A stretch of DNA of 64,000 nucleotides from a virus. Taxonomy: Duplodnaviria; Caudoviricetes. Position numbers and translations under genes: made by a program. Of the stretch, positions 19,823 to 27,990 are shown in pieces; within the stretch, counting starts at the first letter, position 1, and every line of letters starts with the position of its first letter. The notes under the pieces were generated by a model, which worked only from the letters and a program-made list of their open reading frames with translations, did not search any database and was not told the origin of the DNA. The DNA lies in the IMG/VR virus record IMGVR_UViG_3300005937_000009, positions 8,190 through 72,189 of that record; one strand, given 5' to 3'.

Positions 19823-20826
19823 TAGCTCTTTTTGCCGCCGTTCTTCGGCTTCTCGGTGGGCTCTTCCGGTTCAGGTGTGATGTTTTGGGGGGATACGGAC
19901 GGCACGACCACGGAGGGCGCATTCTGCGCGAGCAACAGCGCAATCACTTCGTTCAATTGCCCCTGCGATTCGGCCTGTTGCTTCAAAACGGCCACCAGAT
20001 CGGCTAGCCCGGTCTCTCCCGCTTTAGCCTTGTCGCTCAGCTTATCAAGAGCCTTCGCGGTCTGATACTCTGCGGTATGGATTTCAGGCAAGCCGGTGCG
20101 GCGCAACATCTCATAATCCGTGTTGTCGTACTTCTTCTTGTACCCTTCGTCTTTGGGCTCCAATTTCATCAATGAATGGGTGACGGTGAGAAGATGCCGC
20201 TGTATCCGGTCGGCGCTCTCGATCGCTTCGAGGAGTTCGCGGCCTACTCGAAAGACCAGCTCACTAAAAACGATATCGCCGCCGCGCAAGGGGGCGCCTT
20301 GCAGATCGTCAATGCGCGCCTGGAGATATGCGGCAACATCTTCGTTCTTCTCCGGGAGGTCGGGCCATTCGGGAAAGAATAGCGCCGTCAAGTCCTTCTC
20401 CCGATAGAGACGGTCCCCGAGTTCGCATCTGAGAGAAGTAATCTCATAGAGCCCGGTCTTGCGCTCTGCGGCCTCCTCCAGTGCGATAAGGTTCTGTGCC
20501 TCATAATGGGCGTATACGCGCTCGGAAGCCCATGCGTAGTCTTTTCCCATGGGGTCCATCACTTCAGAACCGGGAATGCGTTCGCCTTCGCGGATCTCGT
20601 AATAGTTCCTCCGTCTCGGCACTGTCCGACATGGGGTGATCTCTCCGCGCAGTAGCCGACGCTGTGGGATGGCCAGGCTATCAACGCTCAGAACCTCCCA
20701 TCCAAACTGGACGAAATACCGGAAGGCGTTAAGGTTGACATCCTCTTGAATCGGCCCGGTGGGTTGGTTCCCAAAGATGATTTCGCGCGCGCTAGTCGGC
20801 GCTTGCATCACTGCTGACATTTGCAC
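19822..20826 (-). CDS. Hypothetical protein (head module)
   Basis: 334-aa ORF coupled to its neighbours. Confidence 0.6.
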   Translation of the reverse strand: MQMSAVMQAPTSAREIIFGNQPTGPIQEDVNLNAFRYFVQFGWEVLSVDSLAIPQRRLLRGEITPCRTVPRRRNYYEIREGERIPGSEVMDPMGKDYAWASERVYAHYEAQNLIALEEAAERKTGLYEITSLRCELGDRLYREKDLTALFFPEWPDLPEKNEDVAAYLQARIDDLQGAPLRGGDIVFSELVFRVGRELLEAIESADRIQRHLLTVTHSLMKLEPKDEGYKKKYDNTDYEMLRRTGLPEIHTAEYQTAKALDKLSDKAKAGETGLADLVAVLKQQAESQGQLNEVIALLLAQNAPSVVVPSVSPQNITPEPEEPTEKPKNGGKKS

Positions 20827-21634
20827 TTCTCTCTTTCTGCCATTGGTTTATTTGCAGGATCGAAGCTCCAGAGCGGCTGTGTCCCGCTGTGAAATGGAAT
20901 TTCCCATTGCTCAATACCGATGGATCGAAGGTGGTAAACCGGTGTCTGTGGGTCTGAAACCAATCGTCGATCATCTCGCGCATCGGTTTACGCCATTGCT
21001 CCTCACGCCAGGCGGTAAACTCGTCTGTGCGTTTCTCGATCTGCTCATCCGAGGGCGCAAGCTGATCATTCGCGGCGTGGTCCCGGTTCCAGATCATGCG
21101 GCGGATTCGCTGAAGATCCGTATCTGTCGGTGGCCGGTAGGCTCCAAGACAGGGTTCATAGTTGACGATCTCCTGCCCGTTACAACACAGTTCATCGTGG
21201 TACGCGATGCAGAAGACATGGGAGTAGAAACCATCATCGGGAAGCGGCCCTAGAATATCTTCGAGCGCAAAGCCGGTGGCCTCGCTGCGGTGATACCTGG
21301 CATTCTCCCATGCATTGTTCTTCATGAGTTCAGCGCGGGAGTGGAGTTGCAGGAGATAGAAGCGGGGATTGCCGATATCGTGGATCTCCCCCGCTTCTTC
21401 ATACCGCCAGAATGGAAACTGTAGGCGCCTGCGGCCCATCAGCCACATGCCGGCGTGTTCCATATCCTGCCCCCATACGATCCTCAGTATTGAGAACCCT
21501 TCGACAGTCTTACCGGCAATCTTGTCTATGCGCTCCTGCCAGGGTATCAGATCGACAGGAGAGGGAAGATTACCGGCTTTGACTATCTGTGATTCAATAT
21601 CGAAGATCGGATGGGATGCGCGGTGAGTGTTCAT
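20792..21634 (-). CDS. Hypothetical protein (head module)
   Basis: 280-aa ORF, TAATG-coupled to the upstream gene. Confidence 0.6.
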   Translation of the reverse strand: MNTHRASHPIFDIESQIVKAGNLPSPVDLIPWQERIDKIAGKTVEGFSILRIVWGQDMEHAGMWLMGRRRLQFPFWRYEEAGEIHDIGNPRFYLLQLHSRAELMKNNAWENARYHRSEATGFALEDILGPLPDDGFYSHVFCIAYHDELCCNGQEIVNYEPCLGAYRPPTDTDLQRIRRMIWNRDHAANDQLAPSDEQIEKRTDEFTAWREEQWRKPMREMIDDWFQTHRHRFTTFDPSVLSNGKFHFTAGHSRSGASILQINQWQKERSANVSSDASAD

Positions 21635-21927
21635 TAAGTGACTACGTACAGAATGGCATCTGCCGTGACGGAGGTTGAGGCGTTGGATGCGCCGAGCGTA
21701 AAGACGACCTGCGTATCCGTGCCGTTGGTGCCGAGGGTCGTATCAGCGGCACCGCTGCATACTGCGGAGACCACAAAGCGGCCTCCCGCATCGGCTGCGG
21801 TGATCGTGATGGTATCTCCGACAGTTCCCCCGCCGAGACGATAGAATGTCATTAAGAAAGGTCCAGCAGTCGGATAAGGACTGCTTAAACCCTGTGCGGT
21901 TACTTTGGTTGCAGCTCTTGTCGCCAT
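21634..21927 (-). CDS. Probable capsid decoration protein, paralog 2
   Basis: MATRA.. start, FYR..GT.GDT.TI.A.DA shared with 21937-22242; downstream of capsid. Confidence 0.5.
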   Translation of the reverse strand: MATRAATKVTAQGLSSPYPTAGPFLMTFYRLGGGTVGDTITITAADAGGRFVVSAVCSGAADTTLGTNGTDTQVVFTLGASNASTSVTADAILYVVT

Positions 21928-21936
21928 CGGTCCCCC

Positions 21937-22242
21937 TTACAGTCTGCGGCAGAGAAGCTGCACGTCATAAACGACCGATGTAGAAGCACCCGAGGCATCG
22001 TAGGTCAGTACTACTTGAGTATTGGCCGATGTGCTTAAGCTGCTCTCTGCCGGCGCGGTCCCCATCACGGCGCGGATATCGGCGGATTGCGCATCAGAGG
22101 CGGGAATGGTGACGGTATCGCCAGCGGTCCCGGCCTGAACGCGGTAAAACGCGATGATAAGGCCATCTTCCGTAAAGGTGATGGGCAAAGTACCGCCGGA
22201 AACGATTGCGGTAGAAACGTTTGTATATGCTCTTGTAGCCAT
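21937..22242 (-). CDS. Probable capsid decoration protein, paralog 1
   Basis: Directly after the capsid gene, strong SD (AAAGGAG), small and beta-rich. Confidence 0.5.
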   Translation of the reverse strand: MATRAYTNVSTAIVSGGTLPITFTEDGLIIAFYRVQAGTAGDTVTIPASDAQSADIRAVMGTAPAESSLSTSANTQVVLTYDASGASTSVVYDVQLLCRRL

Positions 22243-22258
22243 AACTCCTTTGCCTCCT

Positions 22259-23521
22259 TTAATTTATATCCGCAACCTGGGTTGCTAAGCCTACCACGCT
22301 GCATCGCTTTATAAGGGCGTGGCATCTTGGTTCCTCCGTTCCCCAATTTGCCCACATGCCAATGGCTCCCGTGTAGGCGTCGGCACCGTATCCGGTCGAG
22401 CCTGAGCGCATGCGCAACTTGTTGCCGTCGGCATCGTAAGTATCGAGCGGCCTTTCCTCGTACTTCTTCAACTCGCTCTTGACGAGCAAATAAACGCGGT
22501 CTTCGTCGCAATCCGGATCGACAGCGGCTACCGTGTCCCCATGCTGCCACTTGTCAAAAGACTGATCGAAGATCTTTGCGTCTCCATCCCATCTCTTGAA
22601 GTTCTGGCCCAACTGCGTCAACGCCTGATCCTGCGCGAGCGACATGACAGCGATAAGAGTTTTTGCCTTGCCGATGCCGGCACGAGAGATCAAGAGCCGC
22701 TTGGTGTAGTTGAAATCGGCGGTTGTGATGGCCGCACCGTTGAGATCGCGCACCGGGCAGCGCAATTGCGGGTAGGTGTTCCGCGATTGGAGTTGAAACG
22801 TTCCGGTATCGTTGTTCACGATGTACGCCAAGCCTCGCGGCATCTTGTACAGTGAATTGGAGAGGACGAGGATATCGCCATCAGTCGCGCCCGAGACAGC
22901 GGCGGCAATGGTGATGGTTTTCGCGGCCTTGGCTGTTACCTGGACCGTGGCCCGGTAGGTCGCCAGCGTCGAGTCATACCAATCATAGCGCTCGGATACT
23001 TCCATATGCCGCGCTCCCTTGGTCGAACCAAAGGTAGAAAGCGGCGTATGATCGATCGCGTTGTAGAGCGTAACGGTGGTGGTCCCCGATTTGTATGTCG
23101 ATCGGAGGCCGGAACCATCGTTATAGACCTGGCGATTACATTCTTTCTTAATCGCCATCATCTCAAATTCCATATATCCGGGCAGGCCATCGATCATCGA
23201 TCCCTTACCCGCGAAGTTGTTGAGCGCTCGCCCGGTGATTTCGAAAGCTTTCGAAATGTTCATCGGATAGACGAACATATCGTCATTCGTGAATGCACCG
23301 GGTTGATTGAACGCGCCACCCTCCGCAATACCACTGACGCCTACGGGCGGGCGGAGATTGGACGGCACGCGAAAGCCTTTACCCTGCACATACTCAGTGC
23401 TCGCGGCCTTCTCGAATAGGTTGTATGTCGCGGTCTCTTGCTCAAACTGAGGTCTGAGCGAGTTAGCGACAAGTTGATCCAGTGCGGGGGCGATTGCCGC
23501 AATATTTACTGCAACACCCAT
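22259..23521 (-). CDS. Major capsid protein (HK97 fold)
   Basis: 420 aa after scaffold; GIAEGGAF, E-loop/P-domain-like pattern, RQVYNDGSG, GLAYIV, C-terminal ..PRCHALI. Confidence 0.85.
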   Translation of the reverse strand: MGVAVNIAAIAPALDQLVANSLRPQFEQETATYNLFEKAASTEYVQGKGFRVPSNLRPPVGVSGIAEGGAFNQPGAFTNDDMFVYPMNISKAFEITGRALNNFAGKGSMIDGLPGYMEFEMMAIKKECNRQVYNDGSGLRSTYKSGTTTVTLYNAIDHTPLSTFGSTKGARHMEVSERYDWYDSTLATYRATVQVTAKAAKTITIAAAVSGATDGDILVLSNSLYKMPRGLAYIVNNDTGTFQLQSRNTYPQLRCPVRDLNGAAITTADFNYTKRLLISRAGIGKAKTLIAVMSLAQDQALTQLGQNFKRWDGDAKIFDQSFDKWQHGDTVAAVDPDCDEDRVYLLVKSELKKYEERPLDTYDADGNKLRMRSGSTGYGADAYTGAIGMWANWGTEEPRCHALIKRCSVVGLATQVADIN

Positions 23522-23540
23522 AATCTGTTACCTCCTGCCC

Positions 23541-24869
23541 CTAGCCCTTCGGAAGCTGAGACATGACTTGCGCCCACCATTCAGGGTTGGTCTTGCCGTC
23601 TTTAGTGACGGGTGGCGGTCCCCCTGCTCCGTTGTTGGTCGCGCTCATGCCTGCTATCTCGCGGCGTTGTGGGGCGGCTTGTCGTTGGGTTTCTCGGTAG
23701 GCCCGCGCATCCCGGAATACTGAATCAAGCATCTGGATTCGATCTTTCATCAACTGGCCGAGGCGGGTGTTGAACTGCGCGGCCATGCCACGCGCCCGCT
23801 GTTCGTCCTGGCCCGCTGCCATGCCTTCATTGTGAAGACGGCGCAAGGGCGCATTACGAAGCATTGAGAGCGTATCGTGATACATCTGAGACCATTTCTG
23901 GTCCGCAAGAAGATCAGCGAAAGCGCCTTCCACGACCATTTTGTAGATTGATTGATTCTGTGCCGAGTTATCCGGGCCGAACGGTTGCCATTTATTTAAT
24001 TGCGCGAAATGGGCCTGTTCATATTGATCAGAGAGTGTCGTAATGCTCGCCTCGCCCTGCTGCTTCGCCTGGTCCACCTGATAGCGCCATGCCGCTTCGG
24101 CCTGTTGCCGCTGCCCTGCTGTCAATTGGTTCAATTGCTCAATCCGTTTCAAAAATCCGGCTTGAGCCTCCGGGCTGACCAGCTCTTGAAACTCCGCCAC
24201 GTCTTCGCGGCTGAGATTTCGAGCGATGTTCTGAAGGTTCTGGGGTAGGCTTGCGATCGTCTCGTCATCAATATAACCAGTCGGCGCACTGGCGGCCTGT
24301 TCGGGGAGCAATCCGCGCTCCTGCAATTGCTGGACGAGATAGGCGGGCTCATACTCTAGGAGAGCGTCTGCTATCTGCCAGTATGCCGGGGTCGCGTTCT
24401 CCGCGATTGCCTGTAAAAAGGGGAGCGTGCCTTGTCCGGGGTCAGCAATGAGATTGTTGACCAGTTCCAGACCCGGTGCCGCCGCCTCGATGCCGCCGAA
24501 TTGATCAAACTGCCCTAACTGCTGCCGCAATTGGGCGTTTTCGCTCTTCAGCGTCTTCAGTTGTGCCCGTGCGCCTCGTAGATCCTCGACCAGCTTGGGC
24601 GCTCTTGCCTGATCCAGTTGTTGATCCTGCAAGTATTGGCCGATTTGCTCGTCGGTCAGATCCTCGATTCCCGGTGTTTCCTGCGCCTGGTCGTCAAAGG
24701 ACCACCCAGCGGAGAAAAGATCCTCTCCCGCAGGTTGTGCGCTCTGTGCGCCCTGGTCCGTAGTCCCGGTGGAAACAGCCGCATCACTGCCACCCGCGCC
24801 AGTGGCCCCAACGGTTGAGGGTGCCGATGATGAGTCGGCAGATGTCGCGCTAGAAATTTCGTCAGGCAT
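23541..24869 (-). CDS. Capsid scaffolding protein
   Basis: Acidic disordered N-terminus, coiled coil, directly upstream of capsid. Confidence 0.7.
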   Translation of the reverse strand: MPDEISSATSADSSSAPSTVGATGAGGSDAAVSTGTTDQGAQSAQPAGEDLFSAGWSFDDQAQETPGIEDLTDEQIGQYLQDQQLDQARAPKLVEDLRGARAQLKTLKSENAQLRQQLGQFDQFGGIEAAAPGLELVNNLIADPGQGTLPFLQAIAENATPAYWQIADALLEYEPAYLVQQLQERGLLPEQAASAPTGYIDDETIASLPQNLQNIARNLSREDVAEFQELVSPEAQAGFLKRIEQLNQLTAGQRQQAEAAWRYQVDQAKQQGEASITTLSDQYEQAHFAQLNKWQPFGPDNSAQNQSIYKMVVEGAFADLLADQKWSQMYHDTLSMLRNAPLRRLHNEGMAAGQDEQRARGMAAQFNTRLGQLMKDRIQMLDSVFRDARAYRETQRQAAPQRREIAGMSATNNGAGGPPPVTKDGKTNPEWWAQVMSQLPKG

Positions 24870-24877
24870 ATAAATGC

Positions 24878-24917
24878 AAAAAGCCCGCTGAAAAACCGTA
24901 TGGTCATTCAGCGGGCT
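24878..24917 (-). terminator. Intrinsic terminator-like hairpin just upstream of the scaffold gene
   Basis: 11-bp inverted repeat AGCCCGCTGAA / TTCAGCGGGCT followed by a T-run on the minus strand. Confidence 0.55.
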
Positions 24918-24986
24918 CTAGTGTTCGTGGTCGCGTACTCTCCGAGCGGGAGGGGACGCGGAATTGACTAGATACTGCCTATAAAG

Positions 24987-25112
24987 TTATGGATTAGTCG
25001 TGGTGCTGTCTTCTAGTTTGAGTTCGGCTAACAGCTTGCGCAGTCCTGAGACTATCAGGCTGAAGCCTTGGATCAAGAGTTGTATAAGGGTAATAGTCTG
25101 CTGTCGGGTCAT
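24987..25112 (-). CDS. Possible 41-aa amphipathic peptide (MTRQQTITLIQLLIQGFSLIVSGLRKLLAELKLEDSTTTNP)
   Basis: ATGA overlap with the stop of 25109-25339; below the ORF-track cutoff. Confidence 0.4.
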   Translation of the reverse strand: MTRQQTITLIQLLIQGFSLIVSGLRKLLAELKLEDSTTTNP

Positions 25113-25339
25113 GGCTCCGGGATCTTCCAGCCCTTTGAGCGTACTTCTTCATTGCGCTGCCGCTTCGCCGCAATGCGCTTGTAGAGTTCGGCTTCGCCTT
25201 CGAATTGTTCTTTCAAGCTATCTTGCAGCTCGAGGAGTATGGCGCGCATCTGATCGGTGGTGACGTGCTTGATCCGCTTCGGTCTCGGTCGAAACCGGGC
25301 AATGATCGCAGAAATGAGATGCTTAAGCCTTTGTAGCAT
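25109..25339 (-). CDS. Hypothetical protein
   Basis: 76-aa ORF overlapping the fcl stop. Confidence 0.5.
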   Translation of the reverse strand: MLQRLKHLISAIIARFRPRPKRIKHVTTDQMRAILLELQDSLKEQFEGEAELYKRIAAKRQRNEEVRSKGWKIPEP

Positions 25340-26276
25340 GCGCCGTTCTCTGGGCCTTGTACCAATCTACTGTTTCGCGCAGACCCGCGCCTAACCATCT
25401 CTTCGCGTTAAATCCGAATTTGGCGTTGGCCTTTGAGACTTCAAGCCATCGGTTCATCTGCCCATCCGGCCTTGAATGATCCCATTGAATCTTGCCTCTG
25501 AATCCGCATTGAGACGCAATCAAGCATGCGATCTCTTCGATGCTGATGGCAACGCCCGTGCCGACGTTCACGGGATCGCTCGAATCATAGCGCTCGGCCG
25601 CAAGTAAGATGGCATCGACCGCATCTTCGACGTGGAGGAAGTCACGGGTAGGCCGACCAGTGCCCCAGAGGGTAATGGATTGCGCCCCGGTCTCGACCGC
25701 TTCCACACACTTTCGAATAATGGCCGGGATAACGTGCGAGGTCTCCGGGTCGAAGTTGTCACGCGGGCCGTAGAGATTGGCCAACAGGAGATTGATGGAA
25801 TTGAATCCGTACTGCGCTCGGTATGCCTGAGACTGGATGATGAGCGTTTTCTTGGCCATCCCGTAGGCTGCATTCGTCGGTTCAGGGTATCCGTTCCATA
25901 GATCTTCCTCACGGAAGGGAACCGGCGTATTTTCGGGATAGCTGCAAATAGTACCGATGGAGATAAATTTGCGCACAGCCTCAATGCGCGCTCTCATCAG
26001 CAAGTACAAGCCCATCATGACATTAAAATCCCACATATCGGCGGGGCTTCCCTCGTTGAGTCCGATACCTCCACAATAGGCTGCACAGTGAATAATGCAA
26101 TCTGGGTCTATATCATCAAATAAATCTTTGACTTCTGCTCTTTCACATAAATCGTAATCATCACTGGACGGCGCATAAACTGTCGCTCCTCGCGCTTGTA
26201 ACTTCTCGACCACATAAGAGCCGAGAAAGCCGGACCCGCCGGTCACTAACACACGCTGAAAAGGAAAGTCAGTCAT
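25323..26276 (-). CDS. fcl: GDP-L-fucose synthase (GDP-4-keto-6-deoxymannose epimerase/reductase)
   Basis: VTGGSGFLG, HCAAYCGGIG.N, SIGTICSYP, PTNAAYGMAK, NLYGPRDNF..SHVIPA, WGTG.PTRDFLHVED, DHSRPDG motifs. Confidence 0.95.
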   Translation of the reverse strand: MTDFPFQRVLVTGGSGFLGSYVVEKLQARGATVYAPSSDDYDLCERAEVKDLFDDIDPDCIIHCAAYCGGIGLNEGSPADMWDFNVMMGLYLLMRARIEAVRKFISIGTICSYPENTPVPFREEDLWNGYPEPTNAAYGMAKKTLIIQSQAYRAQYGFNSINLLLANLYGPRDNFDPETSHVIPAIIRKCVEAVETGAQSITLWGTGRPTRDFLHVEDAVDAILLAAERYDSSDPVNVGTGVAISIEEIACLIASQCGFRGKIQWDHSRPDGQMNRWLEVSKANAKFGFNAKRWLGAGLRETVDWYKAQRTAHATKA

Positions 26277-26278
26277 AC

Positions 26279-27331
26279 TTACCGACCCGTCGCCTTGATA
26301 TATCCCGCCGTATATTCCGGGCCGACAGGGACGAAACTTTCGCCCCTACTACACCGGGCTTGCGCGAAGTCGCAATCTACCATGTTCTGCACAATCTGCT
26401 TAAATGTATGCTTCGGCTCCCATCCCAGCGCTTTCCGGGCCTTGCTCGCGTCTCCGCACAGCGAATGCAGTTCAGTTGGCCTGTACAATCGCGGGTCGAT
26501 CTCAACGTAATGCTGCCAGTCCATACCGAGATAGCCGAACGCTTCGTCAAGGATCTCACACACTGAATGACTTTCACCGGTCGCTATTACATAGTCGTCG
26601 GGCGTATCCTGCTGCATCATCAACCAGATCGCCTCTACGTAATCTGGAGCGTAACCGATATCGCGTTTTGCGTCGAGATTGCCGAGTTTCAGCGTCTTGT
26701 CCAATCTCAACTTGATCCGCGCTGCCGCCTTCGTGATCTTGCGCGTTATGAAAGTCTCTTTCTGTCGCGCCGATGTGTGGTTGAAGAGAATACCGTTGAC
26801 TACGAACAACTGCGTTGCCGCGTAGTAGCCGTGTCGGGCTTTCACTGCACATTGATAGGCTTCGTGCTTGCTCTCACCATAAGGAGAGCAGGGCTTAAAC
26901 GGCGTCATTTCGTTTTGAATGTCATCCTCTGCATTTCCAAACATCTCGCTACTGCTCGCCTGATATATCTTTGGATAACCGGGAATTGTGGGCCAGTTCA
27001 ATGCCGCTCTTAACAAGACTTGCACCATGCCGGCGGTATTCACATCCCTCGTATATTTCGGCATCTGAAAGCTGATCTGAACGTGAGACTGGGCGGCCAG
27101 ATTGTATATCTCGTGTGGCTGGCATTCCTGCAACACCATTCGGATTGCATCTTCATCCAGCAGATCGCAATACCGCATCTGCAAATGTCTGTAGATATGG
27201 TCAATCCGCCCGGTATTGATCGAAGAACATGGTCTTTGCGTACCCCATACTTCATAACCCTTGCTCAACAGGAGTTCAGCAAGATAGCTCCCATCCATTC
27301 CGGTAATGCCGGTGATCAGCGCTCTTTTCAC
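26279..27331 (-). CDS. gmd: GDP-mannose 4,6-dehydratase
   Basis: ALITGITGMDGSYLAE, YNLAAQSHVQISF, YQASSSEMFG, PCSPYG.SK, NGILFNH, FITRKIT, LGNLDAKRD.GYA.DYVEA motifs. Confidence 0.95.
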   Translation of the reverse strand: MKRALITGITGMDGSYLAELLLSKGYEVWGTQRPCSSINTGRIDHIYRHLQMRYCDLLDEDAIRMVLQECQPHEIYNLAAQSHVQISFQMPKYTRDVNTAGMVQVLLRAALNWPTIPGYPKIYQASSSEMFGNAEDDIQNEMTPFKPCSPYGESKHEAYQCAVKARHGYYAATQLFVVNGILFNHTSARQKETFITRKITKAAARIKLRLDKTLKLGNLDAKRDIGYAPDYVEAIWLMMQQDTPDDYVIATGESHSVCEILDEAFGYLGMDWQHYVEIDPRLYRPTELHSLCGDASKARKALGWEPKHTFKQIVQNMVDCDFAQARCSRGESFVPVGPEYTAGYIKATGR

Positions 27332-27582
27332 TGCTTTACCCGCTCGAAATGTACAGTAAATTCGTCGCCAACCTTCGTATCAGCAAGCAGGAATTGAGCC
27401 GGGATAGTGAAGAGCCCGTCCAACGAGAACCCCAAAGACGGCGCATCATTTACTATCCGGACCCCAAACGAATGATGAATGATCACCTCATATTGCCCGG
27501 ACTTCAACGCCTCCACGGTCTGCCCCATGAGTGTTTCTTCTCGCCAGGTCTCGTTTATTACGTGGATTTTCAATGGTGCCAC
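27328..27582 (-). CDS. Hypothetical protein
   Basis: 84-aa ORF overlapping both neighbours. Confidence 0.5.
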   Translation of the reverse strand: MAPLKIHVINETWREETLMGQTVEALKSGQYEVIIHHSFGVRIVNDAPSLGFSLDGLFTIPAQFLLADTKVGDEFTVHFERVKQ

Positions 27583-27773
27583 CTCTTCGCATTGGCCGCG
27601 AAAACGGCCCGCTTCTTCAATGTCGGGTTGCTCGAATGAAGGGCTTTGCTCAACTTCTTCGCGGGAATCGGTTCGCCTTGCGCGACCCCGAGAGATTTAT
27701 GCAACAGCCCCTTATGACTCGGCTTGATGTGGATACCCGATTTCCGGCTTTGCCGTTGCCTCTGTGCGTTCAT
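27570..27773 (-). CDS. Small basic protein
   Basis: K/H-rich IHIKPSHKGLLHKSLGV..IPAKKL..RAVFAANAK, a pattern I recognise from phage head modules. Confidence 0.6.
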   Translation of the reverse strand: MNAQRQRQSRKSGIHIKPSHKGLLHKSLGVAQGEPIPAKKLSKALHSSNPTLKKRAVFAANAKRWHH

Positions 27774-27982
27774 CAGCCCTCCAGATGCGCGCCGCCTTTG
27801 GCCTTCCGGGATTGCCGCGCACGCTGCGCCTTGCGGCCCGTGGGTGCGCGCTCCGGTAGGGATTTAGTCGGATAGCCTGAGACGTACTCTTCGGCCTTCT
27901 CCGGGCTCAATCCCGGTGCCTGGATGCTTCCCGATGCGACCCCGCGCATAAAACGAGCCTGTTTCTTGGATACTGGCGGCAT
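27773..27982 (-). CDS. Small basic protein
   Basis: MPPVSKKQARFM..GLSPEKAEEY..LPERAP; strong SD; TGATG coupling to the next gene. Confidence 0.6.
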   Translation of the reverse strand: MPPVSKKQARFMRGVASGSIQAPGLSPEKAEEYVSGYPTKSLPERAPTGRKAQRARQSRKAKGGAHLEG

Positions 27983-27990
27983 GATTCACC

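Noticed and set aside
21937-21951. C-terminal CRRL as a CaaX substrate for the ICMT-like enzyme
   Set aside because: The a-a positions are not aliphatic and no prenyltransferase is present or expected in a bacterial host
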